DNA of 64,000 nt from Callorhinchus milii (Eukaryota). The position numbers were made by a program, and so were the translations under genes. Position 1 is the first letter of the stretch; the number at the start of each line of letters is the position of its first letter. The notes under the pieces are model-generated. The model was not told the origin of the DNA and did no database searches. It was given only the letters and a program-made list of their open reading frames with translations. Location of the stretch: NCBI RefSeq assembly GCF_018977255.1, contig NW_024704743.1, positions 70,806,001 through 70,870,000 of the forward strand, written 5' to 3'. Shown piece by piece: positions 1-14,204 of this stretch.

Positions 1-949
1 ATAAATAATGCTACTACATATGGGTGATTAAGGGACTGGTTTTGATTATTGGTACTCAAATAAATAAATTGTTTGGAAAATAGAGTTATAAATATGACTG
101 ATCCCACCAACCTCAAATTATAGTATTTCACTGCTTTTAGGTCTGATGGCTTTGATACTTTAACTGGAAAGCTGCAGCATTATAGTAATCCAATGTTGCC
201 AAAATACAGTATTTAATCTGCTTTGGTTCATACAAAGAATCATTCAAGGGGCAGTCAAATTTAGACAATTCACTAAATCCAAAGTATTTCAGTTTGCGCC
301 AATTGCAATTCGATGAACAATTTTACATTATAGATCAAAATATATGAATGCTTGAACAATAATTGCTGCAAAACATTAATAATTAGACTCTATTGTATCT
401 AGTTAAATGCCGTGTGCTGGTGCATGTGTTTTTGTCACTTAAATGGTCTCAAAAGGTTTCTGGTGTTTGGAGTTCCGAATATGCAGAAATCTCAGATGGC
501 TGCTATCACTATGCATCCAGTGGTCGCTGTGCTGGGTTCAATGATTTCCATACATATCCCTTTTCCTCTCCAGCAAATATTTGACCCATGTGACTGGAGT
601 ACCAGGTGTGGCTTCCACTATAATACAATGAAGTGTTTGGATTTAACCCCATTTTTCACAACTTGATCAATTGTGACAGGATGTTTGACATTGATTTAGA
701 AACCTTGGACAGAAAATCTTCATGTTCTTAGGCTTAAGATCAAGATTGCATGGAGAAAAGACAGGTAATTAAAACTGAATGGACTCCTCTTTCAAAGAAT
801 CAGCACAGATTGAATGGACTTTTTCTGCACTATAAGGTTCTATGGTTCTATATATACCATTACTCAACACAAGAACCAAAGTGGATGTTTTCAACTTACC
901 AAAGGCAATGGTTTATATAATTCGCAAGATCACAAGATTGGTTCAGATA

Positions 950-1390
950 CAATACAAATTTATATTTAAATAGCGTCTTTCACTTCGGGAGGATGTCCCA
1001 AGGCATTTAACAAAAACTGGCTTGGCAACCAAGTTGGCAGTGGGAGCTGAGCGTGTGGAGATGTAAAAGATTATCCAAAGCACAGTCAAAAATGAGATGG
1101 ATGTCGATGGAGGTGAGGGAGGGAATGAGTCAGAGGACCTCCGGGATAGAGATCCAAAGTGTGGGGGCAGATACACTGAAGATGGGGCTGATGGTAGATG
1201 GGTAGGGTGGGGTGGGGGAAATGAAGCAACAGAGCTCGCTAAGTGAAGAGAGCGGCTGGGCCGATAGGGTTTGAGGAAGTGGCATGGATCGGTTGGGGCA
1301 AGACCTTGGTGGGATTTAAAGGTGAAAACAAGGACCTTGAACTCGATCCACTGGAGAGTGGAGACCCAGTGGAGCTGGGTGAGGATGAAG
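950..1390 (-). mobile_element. Decayed L2 LINE 3' fragment
   Basis: Reverse-complement L2 terminus (GGAGGATGTCCCAAGGC) and similarity to the other L2 copies in the window. Confidence 0.65.
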
Positions 1391-1403
1391 AAAGCCTATT
1401 TAT

Positions 1404-1620
1404 AAATAATAATGATTATCCTTGCATTTGGTATAGATCTTATCACGTTATTGAGTCGTGTCAAAGCGCTTCACAGAATTTACTGCACACACCAATGTCT
1501 GCCCCACAAACAGCCATGAAGTGAATGACCAATTTTATTTGGAGTATTGTTGGCCAGGACACTGGGAGAAGCTCCCTTTTCTTTCCAAATCCTAGTGCCA
1601 TAGGATCTTTAAAGTCCATT
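1404..1620 (-). mobile_element. Partial Deu-domain SINE (3' part)
   Basis: (AAT)n tail, AAAGCGCTTCACAGAA and GGCCAGGACACTGGGAGAA shared with full copies. Confidence 0.6.
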
Positions 1621-2944
1621 TGATCTCAAACTTCCAGAATGCTGTCTTCCCATCACAGCTTCAAGCTATTTTTTTTTAAATGAATCCATCATCCTTACTT
1701 CAACCATCCTCCTGGTAACCTGTTTCAGTCATTAATTACCCTCTGTCTTTTGCAACCCAACCTGTGTCCTCTTTTACTACTACCTCAGTGCATCCCAAGG
1801 AAATCTTGCCACTAATTAAAATACACCAATTCTGGTCCCTTTCAGTCTCAGTACAACTATATTACAGTATCAATTTAATTTTTTTATTAAAAGATTTGGC
1901 AGAATAGGTTGGTCGCTGATGAATAAAGAGGATATGCTCCAGGTCAATCCATGAACTCTGGTGAAAGTAAACCATGATTTTAAAACCACTTTCATCCAAT
2001 TTCAATCCATTCTGAGCAATCTTTAAAGAAAATGTATAATAAACTCTGACTAGGCACACAGAGCATACAGAATGAAAAAGGTGGGTAATGTTTCATCAAC
2101 TGTTGAATAACTATTGATTGCCTCTGTTAAGAAACATTACAATTTATAATCTTTTCCTAAAGATTGGCTGAAGGTCCCACTCCTTCATCCCAAATCTAGC
2201 ACAAAGTCGCATCCAAAATTAAATCCCAAGAATTTAAGGCCTATTATTTCCACTTAGATAATCCTGATTATTTTCCCCAATGGAATTTGTGTGCTGTGTT
2301 GCTTAATGGGATACCAATTGAATTAGGCCAGTATCCCTAAATTACATTTGAACACCAGCCACAGTTGCCATTGAAAACAGCAATGGTGGCCACTGAAATC
2401 TTTAGGCTTAATCATTGTGCCGAAGTCAGTGGGGAGGGGCTTCACACACTATAGGTATAGTTGTTTCAAACCAGATTCAATAACATATATAATAATTATC
2501 AAATCTGTTAAAATAACATTACATTTTTCATTCCAACATGTTTATTCTCTCCAACAAAAACATGGTTAGAAATTTTCATTTTATAAATGTTAGTGATATT
2601 TGTGACGATTTATACCCATGTTATTTGGCAACTTCCCATTCTGACCAGACACAGGAAAAAAGACCTGGCCAGAGACAGGGAGAGATACAAAATCAGATTG
2701 GAAATGGCCTGGACAGTTTCCAAACACATTAAAGTAACCGATCACAGAGGTATTGGAAGAGCCTGGAATAAGCTCCCTTCCTGTCTTTTTAATCAGGGAA
2801 TAGGCCATAATGGTAAATGGCATGCCTGGGAAATGAAGGAGGAAAATGAAACGGAACAACAAAGGTATAATTTATAGAAGCAGACTTATGAAGAACGAAA
2901 AATAGCCCAAGGGATTTTAATTGCAAAACAAAGATTGATATTTC

Positions 2945-3150
2945 CACTAAAAACAGATTCGCTAGGAACACGCAGTATCTGTGGAGAGAGGAAAATGAGA
3001 TAACATTTCAGGTCTATGTTCAGAAAACATTAATTCATTTTCCTCTCTCCATAGATGCTGTGAAGACATGTGAAGACATGCTGAGTGTCACCAGCAACTT
3101 CTGTTTTTATTTCAGATTTTCAGCATCTGCAGTATTTTGCTTTTTGTTTA
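2945..3150. mobile_element. Fold-back short element, probably Penelope-like-derived
   Basis: Inverted arms 2977-2998 and 3035-3056; tail CAGATTTTCAGCATCTGCAGTATTTTG shared with copies at 39985 and 53480. Confidence 0.6.
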
Positions 3151-3268
3151 TTGATATTTCCACACAAGCTTCAAAGTTTAAATGATTTGTTTGGATATTG
3201 TGTTGCTGAAGAAGGTTTACAGTTGATTTTTACTGCTTTTTATTTATATGAGGACTCTTTGGTTAAAG

Positions 3269-3466
3269 GCTGGTTACACGAATTGGGCAAACGTCTGGAA
3301 ACGCCATATTATGGCAATAATACACTCGGAGGACCTGGAGTCAGAAGTGCCTACATTGCTGCTCTCTACTTTACCCTGAGTAGTCTCACCAGTGTGGGAT
3401 TTGGAAATGTTTCAGCCAATACTGATGCAGAGAAGATCTTTTCCATCTGCACAATGCTGATAGGAG
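3269..3466 (+). CDS. kcnh8: KCNH8 (Kv12.1/Elk1) internal exon: S5-P linker, pore helix, selectivity filter, start of S6 (probably exon 8 of 16)
   Basis: AG at 3267-3268 and GT at 3467-3468; phase 1/1; translates (G)[65 protein letters not shown] with the EAG-family GFG filter. Confidence 0.96.
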
Positions 3467-3489
3467 GTAGGTGCATTTGTCTTTCCTCA

Positions 3490-3672
3490 TCACTGGGTAC
3501 CCTTCCTCTTCGACGGTGCCTTCGGCCACCCTCCCCACCACCTTACCCCCCTTGCCCTCCTTCCCTTCTGACTCCAATTCCCAGCTCGGGTCCAAAACCC
3601 CTGACTGTCCAGCACCCTGGGATGTCTTTCCGATGTGAAGGACGCTATACAAGTGTAATGTATTGTTGTTGC
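3490..3672 (+). mobile_element. L2 LINE 3' end
   Basis: CTGACTGTCCAGCACCCTGGGATGTC...GTGAAGGACGCTATAC followed by (TTG)n. Confidence 0.75.
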
Positions 3673-4356
3673 ATGTGGGTAAATATAACACATTGAATTA
3701 AACATCACTTATGATTTAATTTGTTTATGTAACATTTATTTAGTATGGGATGATATCTGAGTCAAATTGATTCACAGATCCTCCACCTCTAGACAAAAGA
3801 TGCACTACACAACAGTAATTCCACTTCCTGCTCCTGTTTGAAAGAGTCAGTATGAATTTATGTCACATCACAGATTATTTGACTTTCACAGAGTTGAATG
3901 CAATGTTAAAGTAGCATATCCATATACAGTTGTTTTGATAACCAAATAACCTCTCTTCCTCAAGTTGTTCTCCTTTTCTCTCCTATACTTCTGGGGCACT
4001 GACTCATAGTGTTGGATCCCAGAGACTTTTCTGTGCCTTGTATTTTTCATATGTTGGCAGACATTGAGTAACAGCAAATTATTCAACTCTGGAAACAGAT
4101 TCTGTCCTCGTGCACTATTAACACGTCTAGATTTTCTAATGGGTTACTGGATCATGATCAGGAGCTGTACCATTATCTGATTGCCCTCATCTCCACTCTG
4201 AATGAGGTTCACTAACTCAGTGATTAAATCTGGAACATCTTTAGGCTCCACAGAATACTGAATTGTACATTTACTCAGTGAGTTCCTAGTGAGGCTGATA
4301 TCTACAGGCATGAAATTTATTTTGGTCCCAGCCTCAAAGCTATTGTCATAATATTT

Positions 4357-4600
4357 AATAATAATCCTTACATTTGATGTAGCAGCTTTCACGTCAGGAA
4401 GACATCTCAAAGCACTTCACAAGATATACTGTATATTGTAGTGATTGTCTATTTGGTGGATGAACGCCACAGTACACCTCCAGCAGTGCATTGGAGTGTC
4501 AGTCAAGATTATATAAATCCCAAATCCTGACGTGGGGATTGAACCCATACCTTTTTGACTCAAAGGTGAGAGTGCTGCCAACTGAGCCAGTCTGACACAC
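4357..4600 (-). mobile_element. Internally deleted Deu-type tRNA SINE
   Basis: Reverse-complement A box (TGGCTCAGTTGG) and B box (GGTTCAATCC) plus (ATT)n tail; central part missing. Confidence 0.7.
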
Positions 4601-4686
4601 AATGCAGAATTCTGGTAATTTGTAAAATTTAGTCTTAATTTGGAATCCAGTTATCTGCCTTTTAAAAAGAATCACAGAAAATGGTA

Positions 4687-5122
4687 CCAGTCTGGCTCAG
4701 TTGGTAGCACTCTCACCTCTGATTTAAAAGGTTGCTAGTTCAAGCCCCATGTCGGGTTTTTGCACTCACAGTCTAGACTGACATACCAGTACAGTGCTGT
4801 GGGGGTGGATTTCATTGTTAGAGGTGCTGTCATTTGGATGAGGTGTTTAACGGAGGCCATGTCTGCATGTTCCAGTGGACATAAAGATCTTGTGGCACAT
4901 TTTTAAAAGAGAAAGGAGTTTTCACTTGTGTCTTGGCCAACAATGTCCCACATAAAATTAATCATTCACATTGCGACTGTTTATAAGTTGTTGCTGTGCA
5001 CAAATTATCAGCCACATTCGCCTAAAAATACGGTCACTACACTTTACAGTAAATCATATGAAGTCTTTTATGGCATCTTCTTGAAGTGAAAAGCGCTATG
5101 CCAGTTGCAAGGATTATTTATT
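4687..5122 (+). mobile_element. Full-length Deu-domain tRNA SINE (SacSINE1/AmnSINE1-related)
   Basis: A box TGGCTCAGTTGG, B-box-like GTTCAAGCC, Deu-like core GGTGCTGTC..GGATGAG..AAAGATC..TGGCAC..GTGTCTTGGCCAA, L2-like tail. Confidence 0.75.
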
Positions 5123-5441
5123 GAAAACCAACTTCCAGATGTAGATTGAATTGAAGGACTTTCCAAAATTTTGCACAACCTTAATTGTTAAGATGTAAAG
5201 CTAAAGTAACAAGGGATTTCAGATCTTTGTTCCAACAAGCTATTGTTCTACAAGAGCCGAAAAAATGTTTCTCTTCCAGTAACATAGCCTTGCTTTCATA
5301 GGTCACTTAATGCTTTGAGAATATTTTTGGGAAGCTTTGCAAATGTAGCAGAATTGCTAGCTTTAACCTCAAAAGGAATTCCCAGTCTGCAGCTGAATGA
5401 CAGTTCTGATGTACTTCTCACACATATGGCTGCATATTTAA

Positions 5442-5867
<426 letters not shown>

Positions 5868-6022
5868 TAATATTTTGACATGTACTGAAAAACAATTTAG
5901 AGAAAATAATGAGCACCTTAAACATGTTCAAGATAAGTGTTTCAATGGTCCGTATGGTTTTTGTTCCTGAGAAATGGCTTAAATTTTGAAATATAGAAAT
6001 AGCAAACTGATCAAAAATATCA

Positions 6023-7375
6023 AACAACAAATTGCATTTGTGTAGCACCTTTCACATTGGGAAGATGTCCCAAGGCGCTGGGCAATCAGTGTTTCAGACC
6101 TGAGCAGGGGATTGGCGGGAGACGTGGAGTAGGCTAGAGCCTGCTGAGCGGAGGGAGCGAACAGGTTGATATGGCATTAGCACATCACAGAGGTAGGAAG
6201 GAGCAAGTCTGTGGAGGGCTTTGAAGGCGAGGATGATGAACTTATCCTCTGGGAAATGGGAAGCCAGTGGAACCGGGCGAGGGAGGGGATGATTGAGCCT
6301 TGTGCAGGAAAGCACATAATCTGTAATTTGTGGAGGGCCAACAAGCAGGGATTGGGTTAGTTGAGCATAGATGTATTAAATGCATGTATGAGAGTCTCGG
6401 CAGCCTAAGGGAAGAGACAGTGGCGGAGCCGGGCGATGTTGCGGAGGTGAGGGAAGGCAGAGTGGGTCATGGCATTGATGTGGGATAGAAAGGATAGTTG
6501 AGGGTCAAACAAGATGCCGAGGTTCTGAACTGGTTTAGTAAGGTGGAGTGTGCATCCTTGGATGGTGATGCTGCCAGTGCTTGAGGTGTGGAGAAGCTCC
6601 TGGGAGCCAATCAGGAGGGCCTGGGTCTTGTTGACATACAACTGTAGAAAGTTAGCATTCATCCAGGATTTGATGTCTGACAGACATTCTGTCAGTGGTC
6701 CTAGAATCGAGGGTTGGGTGTCATCTGCATACATGTGGAAGTTGACCCCATGTTTGTGGATGATGTCACCAAGAGGGAGGATTTACATGTTGAAGAGGAC
6801 CAAGGACAAAGCCCTGAGGAACACCATGCGAGACAGTGCAGGGGCTGGAAGAGAAACTGTTTGTAGAGACAAAGTGGAGATGGTGCGAAAGATAGAATAT
6901 GAACCAGTCAAGGACAGAACTTTGAATGTTGAGTTGAGAGCAGAGGCATCAGAGGAGGATAGAGTGGTGCAATAGACAACAGTGTCAAAGGCAGCAGAGG
7001 GGTCAAGGAGGATAAGGAGATAAAGGGAGCCCTGGTTGCAGATGATCAAAATGTAATTTGTCACTTTGACCAAGGCTGTTTCTGTGCTGTGGGCAGAACG
7101 GAAATCTGGTTGGATGGGTTCATGTAGGGAGTGGCAGGAGAGGAAGAGCAAAGCTGGGAAGCAACGACTTGTTCTAGGACCTTGGAAAGGAAAAGAAGGT
7201 TGGGGATGGGGCAGTAGTTGAAGAGCGGGGATGGGTCAAAGGAAGAGTTTTTAAGGATAGGGGTGATGACGGCTGTTTTAAAGGGGGTGGGAATGGTGCC
7301 AGTGGACAAGGAGAGATTGATGCTGACTGTGAGTAGAGGGGCAAGGAGGTGGAGATGGGAGGTAATGAGAGGAGT
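6023..7375 (-). mobile_element. L2 LINE fragment with frameshifted reverse-transcriptase ORF2
   Basis: Minus-strand ORF pieces [50 protein letters not shown]; (CAA)n tail at about 6023. Confidence 0.9.
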
Positions 7376-9237
7376 AGAGATAGGTAGGCATAGAGATGTG
7401 AACTTTCTATTGCATAAAAAAATTCATTCTTATTTTATGCTTGTAGCACAAGAAAATATAGTACTACTTTCTCCACCATCATAAAGATATATAAAATAAC
7501 CTTGAAACATAACTTTCACTTATTGTAGACCATAATGGAAAGGTGAACAAAATTGAGCGAATACAGGGTACCTGCATTATAAGGCAATGTCTCAGATCTA
7601 ACAAACTAAACGTTACATTATAATGGGTCTGCAAAAATATAATGGTCACAAGGTCCCATTTTGAGGTCATCAGGTCATGGCTAATGTCATTTCTTGTACA
7701 TTGCACACATGTGAGCTATGTGCAGGAAGTGTTGTTGTCTTGTCTGGCAGTTAGTTATTATATTTTCCTTGTCAAAAATAGTTATTCTGTCTGACTGATA
7801 AAATAAAAATGAATTATTTGTAAATAAGCCTTTAAGCAGATAACCTTCTATAACATCTGAAATATCCAATCAATTAGATTCCATTAGATTGGATAGTACA
7901 GTATATGAATGAACAGCCATTAACTCCATTTCCTTTAACTCTTCCATTGCATGTGAATGTTTGTTTCAGCTCTTAACTGTACTTCCTCACCTTCTTTACA
8001 TTGCCTGTTATGCTTAGGACTAGTGAGACTCGTAATAAATTTATTCCCAATATTTTTTACTTTTTATTCTTTTCTTGCCGGAGACAGAAATTTGCAATTT
8101 GTGGTTCAGTGGGTTCATTACCTCATTTAAATGTCCATGTTTTATACATGAGACTACAACAACAAATTTACATTTATATAGCGCTTTTCACATCAGGAGG
8201 ACGTACCAAGGTTGGACAGTGAGTATCAAAAAACTATTTGACTATAGGGGCATGGAAGACAAGTCATGTTTGAATCCTTCTGACATCTAACACACCTGTT
8301 TTCTTTTTGTTCCTGTCAAAACAGTTCCAACTTTTAAAATCTTATACCTCACATCTCATCATAAGCCTATTTGCTAAAGTCTCATTTTTGATCCAAATAT
8401 CTATTTGTCCAAGCGCACTGAGACACTGGCCCACATGAAGAGCACTATATAAATGCAAATTGTCTTTGTTGTCCAAAGGACCTAATATTCAATACATCAT
8501 TTTATATTAAAAAATCATCCTCGAGGAATTAGAGAGGAGGGACATCCTGTAGAATTTATGTCACCTCCAGCAAGTACAATACCCATGACTTTTTGCCAGT
8601 CTGATACACCAACTTCAGTCGAGGAGATATAAGGGGAGAGAATCAGAGAGAAAACTGGAGGCAATAAAATAGAGTAATCAAAATACAGCAGCAACAATAG
8701 CAAGGAGAGTTCTTCCCCAGGTCAAATAAAAATTGTTTTTATATTTAAAAACAGCAAATACAATTTCTGTCCATGTTCAAAAAATAGTTTTAGTGTTGAG
8801 ATACTGTTGTTGTAGAGTGCTATTAAATATTTATTGACAATTTCCATCTACAAGTCAATGTGGCACACTGATTAATACACATGCATGTCCAAATATAGGT
8901 ATAATGTAGCTAAAGGTGATCTTTGATGTGGAAGTGTGCCAATGTGAATGTATTAGAGAAAGTGTAATTAAATATTCAAGTCCTAAGATTTAGATACTGT
9001 ACATTTGTATAGAAGGAAGAGAACAGTATTCGGGAGAGATTCTGAAACACACCTGAGTTTTCTTTCTTCAAAATTACTTCTGTAAGTACGACTTGCAGAA
9101 TTATTGTTAACAATTGTCGGCTTAAAACCATTTTGAAAAAAAAACTGCTAAAATAACTGCTGAGAATGGTGTATTTGGAATCTGTTCCCTGGTCTTTTCC
9201 TAATAGCTCTGAATAAATCATTTGAAATGTGTATTGA

Positions 9238-9570
<333 letters not shown>

Positions 9571-9734
9571 TAAAGTAAGGTTAAACTTTTTTTTAAAAAA
9601 TCAAGAAAAGAATGGCTTCACTATTGGCTCAAGGATAAAGACATCATCTCGTGTAAAACTGCAACCCCAAAATATTCTAAAGTGTCCAACATCCTGAATG
9701 ACTCAGAATAATGAAAATTCACATTGCAATTGGT

Positions 9735-10036
9735 GGCGAGAGGACCTGGGTTCAATTCCCTGGCAGGGCGAAATGTATTCAAGTTTCCTTACTCCACACA
9801 TCTCTTTTTGCCTAGCAGTAAGTAGAAACCCACCCGGTTGTTTGCCAATTGGCGGGGGTAATAATCTCTTAAAAAAAAAAAAATTATAATTCAGTCACTC
9901 AATCCATGACAATTAGCTGCCATGTTTCGCCCAGAAAATATACAGGTCAATTCATTTTACAGTATATTCTGTGAAACGCGTTGAGACTTCTCGAAGACGT
10001 GATATATCATGTCAAATGTAAGGATTATTATTATTA
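9735..10036 (+). mobile_element. tRNA-Ala-like SINE, 5' truncated
   Basis: B box GGTTCAATTCC, AGTTTCCTTACTCCACAC body and (ATT)n tail as in the 62720 copy. Confidence 0.75.
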
Positions 10037-10221
10037 TGTTGGTTTCTCTTTTGATGACTTCCATAATTTAATAATATGGCAGAACTTGCTCGACAGGCTG
10101 AGTAGCGTACTCTTGTTCCTATATTTCCTTTCTACTTGAGGAAAATTGGCAATATTCCAGGAGAACATCAGTTAGAATTTCTACCCTTTACTGCTATAGA
10201 TGTTGACTGAGCTGGATATAA

Positions 10222-10360
10222 ATAATAATAATAATATAATAATAATAATCCTTGCATTTGAAATAGCGGCTTATCATGTCTTCAAGACATCTCAAAGCGC
10301 TTCACAGAATATACTCTAAAGTGAATTGACTGCGTATTTTCTTGGCGAAACACCCACAAA
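10222..10360 (-). mobile_element. SINE 3' tail fragment
   Basis: (AAT)n then CCTTGCATTTG..CTCAAAGCGCTTCACAGAATAT. Confidence 0.65.
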
Positions 10361-12694
10361 TGCACAATATACACAAAGATTAGGAGATTTTGTTTACACA
10401 AAATCGGAACTGGAATGCTCCAATGAATATTGAGGCAGAATCCATTCTAGCTTTTAGGATTAGATAAATATCTGAAATGGAAAAATATAAACAGTGTGGG
10501 GGCAGGAGAATAAGACTAAATGGAAAGTTCTCTCAGAGAGCCAGCACATGGATATTAGGCCGAATATTCATTCTGCATGTAAATTTCTATAGTTCTGTGT
10601 GTGTAGCTTTCTCCCCCCTCCCTCTCCCCCACCCCAATGCTCACAGGTAGATGATTTTCATTTGTTAACTATAACATTTACACATCATATCAATCAGTCT
10701 TAATAATACATTTCTCTTCAAAAACTGAATGATATACAAGAGTGTGATAGTTCCAAATCTTTACATCTCCTTTTGGTAACATACTGCCAGCATTGTGCTC
10801 CTGTCACCTCTTTATTTCTTGTTTGGCACAAGTACATCTTTCTTTCAACTAAAATTGTTAACAGTCCAAAATGTCAGAGAGGATAAATGATTCAGAAAGA
10901 CGACAAGTGTTCAAAACTACACAGAAAAGAGCTATAAGGGGCTGAATCTGCCAACATAAGAAATTGTAAAGTATAGAATAAAAAATGAAACTGGTTTGAA
11001 ATAAGAATTAAACTGCAAGGTATTCTTCTATGAAAAAGGAGAAAGGAAAATGGATTGTGTTTGGCAAACGGTTTTGAAGTAATCCTTGAAAATCATTAAT
11101 ATTGTATGTGATATTCTGCTGTTCACATCAGGAAGACATTTTAAAGGGTTTCACAGTGAAGGATTATTGTACTTATTTTGCATCCACCCCCACCCCCAAA
11201 ATACTGTCACTACCTTTTGTGGTGAATCCTGTGAAGAACTTTGAGACATTTCAATGACATTATCAGATGCTATATGAAATGTAAGAGTTATCATTTATTA
11301 TCTTATTTTTGGAAGTGTCTGGATACACATTTCTGTGTTGCAACAGTATTAAGTGTAAGTACTCGATTGAAAAAGCAACATTAGTGTTCAGTTAAACACT
11401 ATATGAACAGTAATGTACTTACCTCCAGATGAGGTTAATGTACATGAATTTTACAAAACAACTTACATTCCTAATGTTCCCACTCTCAGTGCTCATCTTT
11501 GGAGCCGTACACATACTGTTTTACAGCACTCAGCAGAGAAGTGCACATGCTTGGGTGAGTTCCTGGTAATTGGAATTTGGGAGTGCATCCACATTCGTGG
11601 ATAAGATAGAAGTTAGGAATTAGCATTGTTATTGGGGTCTAACATACAGTTTGAATTTAGAAATTCCTCAAGTATCAACTGTGAGTTAGCTGAATTAGCA
11701 CATTAGGTGGTGGTACAGATAGGTTTCCTCGCTCTCTCTCCCACTCTGTGTTATCATTGTGATTTCCTCAGGAAAACAGTAATAATACTGGTGCCTTGTC
11801 ACTGGAAAGAGGTTCTCAGGATGAAATTCTGTATTTTCTGTAAAGATACTGTGGGTCCAAAATTCCACCTAGTTTTACCTGGCAAGTTCACTTTGCCTTA
11901 AAATGGAAGATTTCTGAGAATTGTAGAAAATTCTTGTGGATCTGAAACCCCAGATCTCATTTCTCCTCTACTCCTCTTAGGTTCTTATCAGCTTCTATAT
12001 TTTTCTTGCCGAAGTGAATTATTTCATTAAACTTAATTTGCCATCTATCTGCCCATTCCGTTAGCCCGTTTATATCTTCCTAAGTTCTTCTGCAATCATT
12101 GTTTCATTGTTTCCCACACTTCTCAACCCCCCAATCCCCAGTTCAGTGTCATCTGCATCCTGACCTCTGTCATTCACCACCTCTACTCCAAAAATCCATG
12201 TGATTGTTAATTATAGTTGGTCTGCAGAAGACACACAATTTCTTATGCTTTTAGCCTTAAGAAAACTATTAAAATTTACGATCATGCAGCAATTTGGGTG
12301 ATTCTTAATTTCAGTCTCAATTTGGAAAACAATATTTTGCTATTCTTAAGAAGAACCCTGACAAGTTCAACATATATATTTTACACGGTAGTTATGAGTA
12401 CAGGACTATAAGCAAAAAATCTACAGGAGAGAGTACAAGGAATTTCTATACTCAGAGGTGGTTAGGGTTTGGATTTCCTTATTACAGGTGGCTACTGACG
12501 CTGAGTCAATAGAATAATTCAAAGGCAATTGGATAGATGGACATCTGAGAAGTAGAAACATTAAGGGACATGGGGAGAGAGAGCTGCAAAATGGGATTAA
12601 TTAAAACAAGTTTTTAGAAAAACTTCTAATCGTGACACTGGCCTGAATGTCACTGTTAGAGTCATTAATGTCTCTAAAGTGTTTGTTGCATTGG

Positions 12695-13020
12695 ATGCAG
12701 GCTCAAGCCAAAGTTCTCTTGGGTAGGGTAGTCCTGGCTGGTCAAGCAACAGGAAGCTTTACAGGACGCTTTACAGATAATACAGTATACCTTTAAACTA
12801 TGTGATTTTAGCTAATTAAACTCTTGAAATACCCCCAATACCAACTCTAGAAATACCCCCAACGCATAATCTGGGGTCCCAAGCCTTGTGTTTCAACCAA
12901 CTGTGCTAAATACTAACCAAAATCAGGTAAGCATGATGAGATCCTCCAGGGAGAGATTGCACATTCCATTTCAGACATGGTGTTGCATTTCTTCGTGTGT
13001 CAGACAACTGACTGATCAAA
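12695..13020 (+). mobile_element. 3' part of an unclassified ~1 kb retroposed element
   Basis: Reverse-complement similarity to 16050-16410 (CAAGCCAAAG, GTCCT.GCTGG.CAAGCA, CCCCAACGCA, CCCAAGCCTTG, GTGTCAGACA). Confidence 0.7.
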
Positions 13021-14204
13021 CAAATCAATAATTGCACATTATAGATATTTACTTCAGATTTCTAATGCAAAATAAAGATAGAAGGAATAAAAGGAAATTT
13101 ATACAACGATTTTTATATTTATTTTGGTCTTTCCCAAAGCAAGATTTTTTGATATTTTAAAGTTCACTCCTTTTCATTGTTATAAATTTATCCAAATTAA
13201 TTTCCTACAAATCTAAAAGACAACATGAAAATAGCTCAATCTACAGAACCATAGAAAATATACTCATTATAAATTTTAGCCTCTTTGACAGAAGTCATTT
13301 TGATTCAGAAATAGTACTTCAAACCTCAAAGAGCTACAGAACAGGATCAACAAGTCATTAGATTTAATCACCCAGGGAGGAAGCCAGCATAATGTAATAA
13401 TAATAGGTTTTGACTCATTACGAATAGTTACATCAATCAATCCTCCTTTCTTTAACTGGTTAGACACCCATCCTTTATTAATATCCCTTTATTAATTATG
13501 TTGCATTGAAAACAGGTAGTACTTCAGAATTAGGGGAAGTATCTTGCTCCAATAAATCAGGACAAGTGTGGCTTTAGATTTGAAAAATATCTTTACGAGC
13601 ATTGAATAGGACTGAGTTTCAAACAAAACATACATGAGCCAATGACCTAATTGTGCATTAATGTCCTAAAATCCAAATCGGATGTCTGTTTCAATTTGTC
13701 TTATTTCAGTTGGTGAAGCATGAGTGGGCCGCTGTAATTTAATTTAAAATTAAGCCTGAATTGTTTTTGGAGCTACTTTGAACTGCGGCAGACCTTTCAT
13801 AGTTGTAATCATTCACATTTTAGGGGTGGACAATGCAACATTCATATCGCTGTAAATTATGCCTCTTTCAGTGGCTGCTTGTGGGTAAACGTTTAGCTGT
13901 GAGTGAATTTCAAAGCTCCCCCATTTCCCTCACTTCTCCACCCTCTTTCTCAAACAACAACAACAAAATTACATTTTAAAGCGCCTTTCATGTTGGGAGG
14001 ACAACTCAAGGCACTGAACAGTCGGGGATCAGGACCCGAGCATGGAGGGGCAGGGTTGGGATGATGGAGGGCAGCGAGGTAGGAGGGCGGCTGAAGGCAA
14101 ATCATTAAAGAGTTTTGATGAGAAGCCGCCCAGTTCAACAATTTAACCAATTGGCCATTCTACATGCCAGCCCATGGATCACAGTGTAACCGTAGGAAAC
14201 TTCC

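Noticed and set aside
3085..3696. 203-aa ORF as a stand-alone gene
   Set aside because: It is the 198-nt kcnh8 exon with intronic repeat sequence read in frame on both sides
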